Shown here piece after piece: positions 1-8,810 of a stretch of 64,000 nt of DNA. The position numbers and the translations under genes were made by a program. Numbering within the stretch: position 1 is the stretch's first letter; every line of letters starts with the position of its first letter. The notes beneath the pieces were generated by a model that was given only the letters and a program-made list of their open reading frames with translations, had not been told where the DNA came from and ran no database searches. Origin of the DNA: a virus (Duplodnaviria; Caudoviricetes); the IMG/VR virus record IMGVR_UViG_2636416106_000010, positions 64,762 through 128,761 of that record; one strand, written 5' to 3'.

Positions 1-1438
1 CATTAATCGCTTCAATGATGTTTGTTTTAATATGGTCGATATTAAGTATCCCAGACTTAATAGATCCTGCATCAATATAGTCAATAACTCCTCCATGCAA
101 GAAGTCATTACCAGCCATTTCATCATAGCCACCAGGACCATTCTTGGCTACAGCTGCAGGAGAGTTATTGATTGCCCTAATAACTGTATCCTTGATTGAA
201 TCTGGAGTTGCTCCACTTCCAGTCAATCCATCAATTTTCGAATAATGAATTAGATGATTATTGTCATTAATTGCATCGACAAGAGTTTCAATACCTTCAG
301 AACCATAAATAGCACTAGCAAAATCAATTGCTTTACCAGGGATTTGTTTATCTTGCCATGTATAGATTGATGGGTTTAACCCTACTCCTTTTATGTAACA
401 TTCGTTTTTTACTTTATCGAACACAATGCTTCCCTTAGAAAAAGAACGAGATGTAGCAGTTGTTTCTTCTACATAAACTGGATTCTGAGTCTTCCATTTC
501 CCTAGCTCAAAACCATGAAGATATCTTTCTACCTTCTCATTTAAAGCGTATCGACTCTGAGGAGCGAGACTATATCCATCTAAGTTATACAGTGTAGATA
601 ACATTTTTCCATATAAATAAAGCTTATTGTTATCATTACTTGCATCTGCTGTATCTTCAACGAAGATCTGAATTCCTCTTTCTTTTTGGGCTTTGTTTAA
701 ATTGAAAACAACGGAAGGAATTACGATAGGATTGTTTTTAGCACCATTTAAAACGAAAACATCTTGCGCTAGGTAGATGTCCTCTTTTGATGTTTTAAGG
801 TCTGCTTGTTGAGGGTTATTTTTATGAGGTTTATTAAATAACGTGGTTTCTATTTCACCTGTAATAACAGCTGACATTCCTTTTGCATGAATGTATTGAA
901 GAATTTGGTTTTGTTGCGATCTGTTCCATCCATTTTCAAATCCAAAATTAGATAGTAAGATTCCATGAAAACCTTTAGATTCGAACCATGTTATATCAGC
1001 TTCAATGTTATTTAAAACAACATTAGGGTAATTGATAATACCATATAGCAGCGTTCCGCTCTTCTTAACTTCATCTACAAAGAAATTAAAGTTAGTAGAT
1101 TCTTCTTTATTAATCATGACATGAGGAATGTAACTAAAAGCATTGATTCGTTTTTCGATAGAATCATATGTGTTAATAGATGCACCTCTATAACCAACGA
1201 ATAACGGGCTACCAAAATCAGATATGGCTGCCTTATCTACTTTTTTATTAAGTTCACCTGAGACTGTGTTTCCTAGCTCTTTAAAGTTAATGACGCGTTC
1301 TATCTGTTCAATAGATTCCTGCAGTTCATTAACATCTTCAGACATGACGTAATCACCATTAGGATCTCCATCATACTCTGCATCCTTTTTACGGACAAAC
1401 TCAGAAAAAGGCACAGGGAAAATCAATTCCTTTTCCAT
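1..1438 (-). CDS. Putative tail fibre/appendage protein with a glycoside-hydrolase-like barrel (partial, runs off the window start; absent from the ORF track)
   Basis: ATG at 1438 with AGGTG RBS and an open frame to the window edge: MEKELIFPVPFSEFVRKKDAEYDGDPNGDYVMSEDVNELQESIEQIERVI...WFESKGFHGILLSNFGFENGWNRSQQNQILQYIHAKG. The N-terminal motif is shared with 14357..15472. Confidence 0.7.
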   Translation of the reverse strand, partial: MEKELIFPVPFSEFVRKKDAEYDGDPNGDYVMSEDVNELQESIEQIERVINFKELGNTVSGELNKKVDKAAISDFGSPLFVGYRGASINTYDSIEKRINAFSYIPHVMINKEESTNFNFFVDEVKKSGTLLYGIINYPNVVLNNIEADITWFESKGFHGILLSNFGFENGWNRSQQNQILQYIHAKGMSAVITGEIETTLFNKPHKNNPQQADLKTSKEDIYLAQDVFVLNGAKNNPIVIPSVVFNLNKAQKERGIQIFVEDTADASNDNNKLYLYGKMLSTLYNLDGYSLAPQSRYALNEKVERYLHGFELGKWKTQNPVYVEETTATSRSFSKGSIVFDKVKNECYIKGVGLNPSIYTWQDKQIPGKAIDFASAIYGSEGIETLVDAINDNNHLIHYSKIDGLTGSGATPDSIKDTVIRAINNSPAAVAKNGPGGYDEMAGNDFLHGGVIDYIDAGSIKSGILNIDHIKTNIIEAIN

Positions 1439-1474
1439 ACATTCACCTACTTTGTCTTTAATATGTTTCTTTTA

Positions 1475-1501
1475 TAACCATTACAAAATACTTTTGCTAT
1501 A
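1475..1501 (-). promoter_or_regulatory. Putative phage promoter motif copy (TATAGCAAAA-N9-AATGGTTA)
   Basis: Same bipartite motif and spacing at 22941..22967 and 46660..46684. Lies just downstream of a terminator and upstream of an RBS. Confidence 0.55.
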
Positions 1502-1528
1502 AAAAACGGGACGGAATTATCCGCCCCA
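1501..1528 (-). terminator. Intrinsic terminator
   Basis: Minus strand GGGGCGGA-TAAT-TCCGTCCC-GTTTTTT, just after the stop of 1533..1745. Confidence 0.8.
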
Positions 1529-1532
1529 TTGG

Positions 1533-1745
1533 TTAATAGTTACTTCCTATTTTCGGTTGTTTTTCTATGATGCCGTTTCGCCCATCGCACTTCACCCATT
1601 TGCGTAAGTTTTGGTCATAGATTTCAACTTCAAAATGAGTAAGATTCGGATCATCAACATAACTCCACTGTAAGTGGGTTGTATCAGTCTCCTTGTCGTA
1701 GTACTGGAACACTCCTAATGGATAATTCACACCAATCACTCCCAT
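1533..1745 (-). CDS. Small structural protein (fibronectin-III-like beta strands)
   Basis: 70 aa, overlaps the upstream stop. HLQWSYVDDPNLTHFEVEIYD resembles FN3 strands. Confidence 0.55.
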   Translation of the reverse strand: MGVIGVNYPLGVFQYYDKETDTTHLQWSYVDDPNLTHFEVEIYDQNLRKWVKCDGRNGIIEKQPKIGSNY

Positions 1746-4022
1746 TCAATAATGCAGTACGTTCCATAAGCAACGTGCTTGTCGATAACTTCTTTTACAT
1801 ATTCTTCAGATAAGCTGCCACCGTATTCAGTAAGAATAGACTTTGGTAGTGCGACAATTAAGACACCATTTCGGTAAAATGCTTTTCCATCCCAGTTGCC
1901 AATGTCCCAATAACGTTGTCTTCCTTGCACTCTCTCATCGATCGTTTTAGTTGATAGCGATTCAGAGATACCACCACCGCGAGTACGTGCATCCATAACA
2001 ACTACATCTTTAACACTTGTATGCTCTCTGACTTGAACTTTGGCAAGTAGCAAGTACATAGGGTTCGACTGTTGAATATTTCTCCACTCTTCTCTACTGA
2101 AGCAGTGACGAATTGAGTTTCCATTTTCAGAATCCGGAACGATGTAAATGTGGATGAGTTTATTAAGAAGCTTTGAAGATGGAACTTTCTTATACTCTAC
2201 CTTTTGAACACCATTTACATAAGTTGTCATCGGAAGAGTTGAGTAATGTCCAACTGATGGATTGAGGTCTAAATGAAGAAATGTCCGAAGAGTTTCACTG
2301 TAGAAGCCTTTGTATTCGTAGAAGTTATCAAAATAAGAATACTTAGCAAATAAATCATCTTTAAATGAAATGTTTTCTTTTAAGAAGAAGATTCCATTTT
2401 GGATATCATAATCATTTGCTGATAGCTCTTGGTTTTCGAAATAGCCATAATCTGCATATACAGGACCAACTGGTTCAAATTTAAAGACTACTTTCCCTTT
2501 TTCATAATCGATTCGATAATTTGTAGCAGGAATTGTATTAGCTGATGTCGCTTTGCCTTTAGTAGTTTTTAGAACTGGTACCGGTTGGATTAACCAGTTT
2601 TCTTTCGAACCATACATGATTACTTCTTTCGTAACTGGATCAACACGTTTGTTTTCTAATAAATCATCGGACATTTTTGTGTTTTTGTAGATTCTCTTAT
2701 ACAAGCGGAAATTACGGTACTCGTAAGTAGCGTATACTTTACCTGTTATATTTTTACCTGGGAAGAAAATAGTGCCTTCATCATGGTTAATCTCGAATGG
2801 GTATTCTTCGAAGATCTCCACCATGTTTCCGTTATTTGCAGCATCGATAAAAATATGAACCTTGTCATTACGAATCCAGTCTTTTTGTTTAGCTCGGAAT
2901 AATGTTCCGGCTGAATTCGCTAAGCCCTCAACTAAAAGTTGTTCTTTTTCTACAAAGCCTTGGCTTACGAACAGATTGTTGTGAGGTACTTTCACTGTTG
3001 AAGGAGTCATGTATTCCATTTCATTTTCTACTGTCATGATTCCAATAGAAGGATTAAAGATTTGAGAAGCGTATTCGTTAACCTGATACTTCTCTTTTTT
3101 CATAACTCGCTCTTTGTACTGGTTCATTACATCAGGATTTTTACTAACATGTAATTCTGACCACTCTTTATATCCAAGATCATCTTTAATGAATTGTCCG
3201 TTATGAATTCTTAAATACCAGTTTTCTTTAGCATCCTTTGTCTGGGGAAGTTCACTGTAGATACGGCGGTCATCAATTAACTTCAATCCAAAGTTCCTTT
3301 TAGAAGCTCTTATTGTTTCAAAACCAGTTTCAGCATGAAGAACAAAGCTTGGTTTATCTGTTGCCCAGAAAATATCTTTATGGCCAATAACAAGATCTCC
3401 ACTATAGAACCATTCCATGCCTGTTTTACGGTCAAATAGTTTTAGGTTAACTAAGTTGTTTTCTTCTAAACTCTCTGAACCAAGTGCAATCTTGTAGAAG
3501 ATTTTGTTCTTGTCGTACCATTCTTTCCCACTCGGCACTGGAGGAAGTAGCGTATGTAAGTATCCTAAATTCTTTAAGCCTTCTGTTTTACGAATTGATT
3601 TAGAATAAGAAACTGGTGGCCCATACATTCGTTCATAACGACCATATTCTAGTCCTGTTCCTGCATCTACACCGAAAGAAATCCATTGATGGATAAATGG
3701 CATAATCGTATATGTGAATGGAACTTCTGGTGTTGCCCTAGTGATATCTGCATTTCCAAATCCTTCTGCTTCAATATCAATCGTTGTAGCATTTGGTTTA
3801 ATACTGAATGCATAGAGAGCCTTTTCTCCTTCATTCTGTGCAACACCTCTAACCGCTCCAATTGTATCTAATGTGACATCATCAAAACTTGCTTTACCGA
3901 ATCCATTACCATCTACAAAGCCTATGCGAATCTTAATATTTTGAGGTTTATCGATATGGAAGATCGTTTCGAGTTTAACCCAATCTTTCTTCCCTGTAAT
4001 AGAAATTGAAGAAGAGATTTTT
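1736..4022 (-). CDS. C-terminal part of a frameshifted baseplate/tail protein (track ORF 1736..3703 is open upstream to about 4051)
   Basis: The frame is open upstream of the track ATG (GEKISSSISITGKKDWVKLETIF...ASFDDVTL...PFTYTIMPFIHQW) and there is no RBS at 3703. Repeated YxIxxxxGx(I/V)xF...VYAxYxY units and a C-terminal DARTRGGG...YWDIG...IDKHVAYG segment. Confidence 0.7.
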
Positions 4023-6251
4023 TCACCCTTGTAAATTATAGATACCGATTTTCACACCATCCGTTGTAATTCCTCGCACCTGATCAATGGTTGCCCACAC
4101 AGTCGCTTTATAATCATCAATAGATACATAGATGTCTTCACTTTCCCAAAAGGCTTGAGCACCCGTTGTTCCATTTGAAGAGTCTAAGGATACCTGACGA
4201 ACACCAAATAAACTTTTTGTAGAATCGTGTGTGAAAGTTACGGTTTGACCAGCTAACTTCTTTGTATTCCATGAAGGTATTGCATTTACTGTATCTGCTG
4301 TCCAAGATGTAACAGGTTGTCCACCTGCATCCACCTGACCGCTTTCAAATCCACTGTTGTTAATAGGAATGGACTTATCACCATCTACAGCATGTTCATA
4401 CACTCCTGTAGCATTATAGAACCAAGGTTTGCAATAGATTTTCACATACTCTTTACAATTCTTATAAAGGATTTTTTTAGCTACAATTTGGTTTGCGTTG
4501 TAATCACTTCTGTCATTAATATAAACATCCGTGTTATTTACTTTGTATTCCTGAGCAAATAAATTATCTCGATGATACACAAAGTCATTTCTCCAAGGAG
4601 TAAACACCCATTGTTCTTCTGAATGGTAAAGGATTGAGTTTAAAACAAGGTTTACACTCTCTTTCTGATTATGGTAAAAAGCTCTAAATATTCCACAGTT
4701 AGAAACAAGAACAGTACCTTTATCAAACAATGTCTTCTTAATAATAGAAGGCCCACCATTTAAGTGTTTTACGATTGTATCCCATTGCGTACTCACTTCA
4801 TCTTGTCCAAATAAGATAGCAGGAGAAATATCCGCATAACCTAAAGCCCCAACGTTTTGAATCGGTAACAAACGGCTAATATATGGAGAGTCTTTTTTAA
4901 TTTCTTTAACTCCAAATTCATTGCTGCTTGACGAGAACCCAATATCAGAAATGAATGTATTCCCTTTGCTCGTTTTGAAATCAAGAATATTGATTCCGCT
5001 ACCAGCATTATCTACCCAGATCGTACCGCCATTCTTTAAGTAATGCTCAAACTTGTCTTTAAACATAGACAAGTCAGCCTTACCGTAACCAGTTATAACA
5101 AGCAAATCATAATCCTCATAATGATGGTCTGGCATATCAAGATTAACTGCCCAATATCGAACATCTTTTTTCAAGAGATCGACTGCTGTTGGATGTGGGT
5201 TTTGTAATTCTACGTACTTCGGAAGAGACAGGTGTTCATTAATCGCCTTACCAATTGAGGATAGGTTTTCAACATTCACTACCGATTGAACAAAACTAAA
5301 ACCAATGTTCATCTTGCCTGGGTTTGTTTCACTTAGTTTTGTTTTTAATTTAGCTTCGACGCGATGTTTAAACAATTGAGGTGTACGTGTTTGATAATTA
5401 GCAATCATAACGTCAGATGTTGCGTAGAAAGAAAAATCATTCCCCTTCTCTTCAATTGCGTATACTTTCAAGTGTTTGTATTTGTCTGGATCGGATTCCA
5501 TATCAGTAACAATGTCTTCAAACTCATCCATTGTTACTTGTTTGAAAAATGGATATGCATTAAGAACTTCTTCTTTTAATTCACTCTGTTTAATGTCACT
5601 TCTGTAGTTAGGGTACACTACTTTGTATGTAACATCTTTGTTGTTACGGAAATTTGTAAATACAACAATACGGTATATGAAATTATCTTCACGAATTAAT
5701 TGAACCTTGTACATATCATCCTCTTGTAATGGTCCACCGTTTGCTTCAATACGAATACTATTCCCTACATAAACTAGGTCATTTCTTTTATCTAGTACAA
5801 CCTCTTCTAGAGGTATAGCTTCTTGTTCAGTTTCAGAAGAAAAGCCACCCAGATAAGGAATAACCTGAGCAGTTCTTGCATCGAAACGTCCTTTTAACTC
5901 CATCTCATAAAATACTGGTTTTGGAGTATCTTGACGGTTCTTTCGAATAGTAAATTCATCTGTTACATAGACTGCATCAGTAGGAAAAATAGCTTGTCCG
6001 GATTCTGTTTCTAATAAGAATTTATTGTTTGGATAAACCATGTAATCTTTCTCTATGAAATTAGATAATCCGTTTTCTTTAATTTGAGAAGAAACATCTT
6101 CTAATAAGATGTTCTCCTCGGGTGATACAGATTTTGATTGTACATACGCAAGGTTTGTACTATTCTTAGGAACCTTATTACCAATACGAATAGCATACCC
6201 GCGGTTTCTTTGACCACTACGAACAAGGTCTTTATGAGGTTGCAGCTGCAT
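4023..6251 (-). CDS. N-terminal part of a frameshifted baseplate/tail protein (flavodoxin/GATase-like segment and a truncated CBM-like domain)
   Basis: 742 aa with GGGAGG RBS. YDLLVITGYG...YLKNGGTIWVDN segment. The NNSGFESG...W CBM-like domain stops at GGG-TGA and is completed in the +1 frame. Confidence 0.7.
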   Translation of the reverse strand: MQLQPHKDLVRSGQRNRGYAIRIGNKVPKNSTNLAYVQSKSVSPEENILLEDVSSQIKENGLSNFIEKDYMVYPNNKFLLETESGQAIFPTDAVYVTDEFTIRKNRQDTPKPVFYEMELKGRFDARTAQVIPYLGGFSSETEQEAIPLEEVVLDKRNDLVYVGNSIRIEANGGPLQEDDMYKVQLIREDNFIYRIVVFTNFRNNKDVTYKVVYPNYRSDIKQSELKEEVLNAYPFFKQVTMDEFEDIVTDMESDPDKYKHLKVYAIEEKGNDFSFYATSDVMIANYQTRTPQLFKHRVEAKLKTKLSETNPGKMNIGFSFVQSVVNVENLSSIGKAINEHLSLPKYVELQNPHPTAVDLLKKDVRYWAVNLDMPDHHYEDYDLLVITGYGKADLSMFKDKFEHYLKNGGTIWVDNAGSGINILDFKTSKGNTFISDIGFSSSSNEFGVKEIKKDSPYISRLLPIQNVGALGYADISPAILFGQDEVSTQWDTIVKHLNGGPSIIKKTLFDKGTVLVSNCGIFRAFYHNQKESVNLVLNSILYHSEEQWVFTPWRNDFVYHRDNLFAQEYKVNNTDVYINDRSDYNANQIVAKKILYKNCKEYVKIYCKPWFYNATGVYEHAVDGDKSIPINNSGFESGQVDAGGQPVTSWTADTVNAIPSWNTKKLAGQTVTFTHDSTKSLFGVRQVSLDSSNGTTGAQAFWESEDIYVSIDDYKATVWATIDQVRGITTDGVKIGIYNLQG

Positions 6252-8709
6252 GGTTTGTATCCTCCCATTCTTTCAACTTGTTTAAGATAACAGTCAGTCC
6301 ATTATCTTTTTGATTTGTTTCTAAGACTAAAATCTCGTCCATCGTAACGCGACCATCTTGATTAAAATCTAAGATAGAGAAAAGCACTTCATCTTCATAT
6401 CTTTCTACTCCCTCATACATAAGGAGGTAGTTAATGATCTTTGTTTTTGCAGTTAACAAGTTCTTCTCTCTCTGAGTTAATTGAACCTTATCTGGTTTTG
6501 ATACAGGGCTTAATAATATCTTGTAACAAACGCCGATATTATTATCTTTGTCTGTGATCCAAATATAATCTTCTACAATCTCACCTGCGCGTTTTGCTTG
6601 GATATATGGAGCATGGTATTGATATAGATATTGCCCTGAACGTTTTTGCGCTTCAACTGCATCTCTTGATACATGTCTAGAAACAAATCCTTTAGAAGCA
6701 ACAATCTCTAAGTTAGAGTGAGACAAGAAGTTTCCTTGATAATCAAGTGGCTCGATAATAAGTGTTGAGAAACTCGCTCCATCTGCATGTAATCGATCTG
6801 GCGTAGCTGTAATTCTAAAGCTATCTGTCTTATTTATTGTGTTTGTAATATATAAGAACCCTTCATGATTTTGGTTTTGAATTGGATTCATATCAATCAT
6901 TGTGGCTAGCTTCTTTGGCTCACCATAACGATTTCCTTCTTGATATACAATTCTTTTTCCACCATCGTGTTTAGCAAAATCAATTCGGTACCCATCAACA
7001 GCCTTGATATTGTAATCAATTGTATAGGTATCATTTACCTGGTACGTTGCATAAAGCGTTTTGTTTTTTAATACTGCTTTTCTGTTTGTGTGAATAGAGA
7101 AATAGAATCTCTTACCATCTATTCGATAAGGTTCTCCTATTTTTTCTCCATCCTCTGTACGGATAGCGATGTCCCTAAATTGTTCATCAAGGTTATTGTA
7201 CGCAACTTCAACAAAGTCACTTTTACCGTCATACCGGAATGGTTCTTGATTCCATGTTTGATATGCTCCTGTTTCATGATCAAAGAACGATACTTTTTGT
7301 AACGTATCTCCATTTTCTTTTTGAACTAGGATAGGTGAATGATCAATTGGAGCTACGGGAATTTCAGACCATGTAACATTCTGGCCACTAATTCCACCAT
7401 CGAATAAAGACTGCATAACTGCAAAAGGTAGCTGCGTTTTAATGTTAGAAGTAGCTGGTAATTTGTTATTAAATAATGCCCATTCTTCTAAAACAACTTC
7501 TTCCTGAATAGGTGTTTCTTCATTTGCGAAAATCAATTCTTGAGGAGTTGTAAGTAGAAGTCCTGTATTTAAAGCTTTCGCATTTTCACCATTAATAGTT
7601 AATTCAATACCTTCATCATTCCAACTACAAAGCAATTCATATGACGTACTTCCTTCAAGTGTTTTAGGGATAGTAATTGAACTTGCACCAACGGTATAGG
7701 ATAAATTAGTTCCACGTACTGCAAGAGATAGTTCATTTGTATCTGAACGGAAAAGGGTTTGATCTCTATCGATACGGTTTTTTGTAGTTAGTTTTAAATA
7801 GATACTCCCTGCTTTTTTATCAAATAAGTTCTTTACTGGGAATTTTAATGATGACCCCTTACGAACTACTGAACTAGTAATATTAGAATTCGGAATGTAT
7901 GGAGTAGGATCTACACGGTCTTCTAATTGGTGTTTTCCCACGATAAGAATTCCATTTGTTTGGAATAGTAGAGTAATTGTTTGTGGGGTTGCTACATTGA
8001 AAGTTTGAGAGATGTAGGACAACTCTCCTTTTGATATAGGAATTTGTTTTAACACTGTCTCCCCAGACTTGATTAAACACTCACCATTCCCTTGAGCATT
8101 GAATGAAAGTGTATGGTCTTTTGCAAGTAGAGAGATAGATTGAGAGAACATCGCTTTCTTAGTTGTAGAGCCTAAGAGTTTTATATACTCATGGTCTTCT
8201 ATTTTAATTGTTTTTACCTCTATTCCTCCACCGTTTGCATTACTTGTCCATGCAGTAGATTGAGGTTCTTGTATTTCACAAGAGTAAAAGATTTCTCCTG
8301 CTTCTCCATATACACGAACTTGACCATTAACAAATAAAGCAGACTCAAATTTAAAAACTGTTTTATTGTTTAAGGTAACTGTAAAATGAGATCCGTTCGA
8401 AGAGATTGTTAGGGTGTTAGAATCTAAGATATTATCCTTTACATCTACGACTCCATAAATCTTTTCAGAATCTTTTACGATTCCGCCTATATGCAACTTG
8501 TATTCTTTATCTAGAGAAGCAAACAAAAAGTTTCCATCACTTAAATATTTAGGGATTAATACTACTTTTTCCGTTGGCTTAGCAAACGAGAATACTACTT
8601 TACTATCTTCATAGAGTTCATTTGAAATAGAAACATATCCCTCACTTTGGAACACAATAGCGTTTGGGATTGTAGCATGTTTAATAATTGTTCCCGGATT
8701 AGTGAACAT
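6232..8709 (-). CDS. Tail/baseplate appendage protein (ConA/LamG-like, Ig-like, C-terminal EF-hand/dockerin-like loop)
   Basis: 825 aa, beta-rich. GSIYLK...LLCSWN is LamG-like, ITATPDRLHADG...PLDYQGN is Big-1-like, and DFNQDGRVTMDE is a Ca-binding loop pattern. Confidence 0.65.
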   Translation of the reverse strand: MFTNPGTIIKHATIPNAIVFQSEGYVSISNELYEDSKVVFSFAKPTEKVVLIPKYLSDGNFLFASLDKEYKLHIGGIVKDSEKIYGVVDVKDNILDSNTLTISSNGSHFTVTLNNKTVFKFESALFVNGQVRVYGEAGEIFYSCEIQEPQSTAWTSNANGGGIEVKTIKIEDHEYIKLLGSTTKKAMFSQSISLLAKDHTLSFNAQGNGECLIKSGETVLKQIPISKGELSYISQTFNVATPQTITLLFQTNGILIVGKHQLEDRVDPTPYIPNSNITSSVVRKGSSLKFPVKNLFDKKAGSIYLKLTTKNRIDRDQTLFRSDTNELSLAVRGTNLSYTVGASSITIPKTLEGSTSYELLCSWNDEGIELTINGENAKALNTGLLLTTPQELIFANEETPIQEEVVLEEWALFNNKLPATSNIKTQLPFAVMQSLFDGGISGQNVTWSEIPVAPIDHSPILVQKENGDTLQKVSFFDHETGAYQTWNQEPFRYDGKSDFVEVAYNNLDEQFRDIAIRTEDGEKIGEPYRIDGKRFYFSIHTNRKAVLKNKTLYATYQVNDTYTIDYNIKAVDGYRIDFAKHDGGKRIVYQEGNRYGEPKKLATMIDMNPIQNQNHEGFLYITNTINKTDSFRITATPDRLHADGASFSTLIIEPLDYQGNFLSHSNLEIVASKGFVSRHVSRDAVEAQKRSGQYLYQYHAPYIQAKRAGEIVEDYIWITDKDNNIGVCYKILLSPVSKPDKVQLTQREKNLLTAKTKIINYLLMYEGVERYEDEVLFSILDFNQDGRVTMDEILVLETNQKDNGLTVILNKLKEWEDTNHAAATS

Positions 8710-8774
8710 TTCTGCACCACCTTTTTATTGATTTCTTTTGACAATCTAACCTTTATTTCTTATTAATGTCCATA

Positions 8775-8802
8775 AGAAAAGGAGAGGAATCTATCCTCTC
8801 CC
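8775..8802 (-). terminator. Intrinsic terminator
   Basis: Minus strand GGGAGAGGA-TAGAT-TCCTCTCC-TTTTCT. Confidence 0.75.
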
Positions 8803-8810
8803 TAACTACT

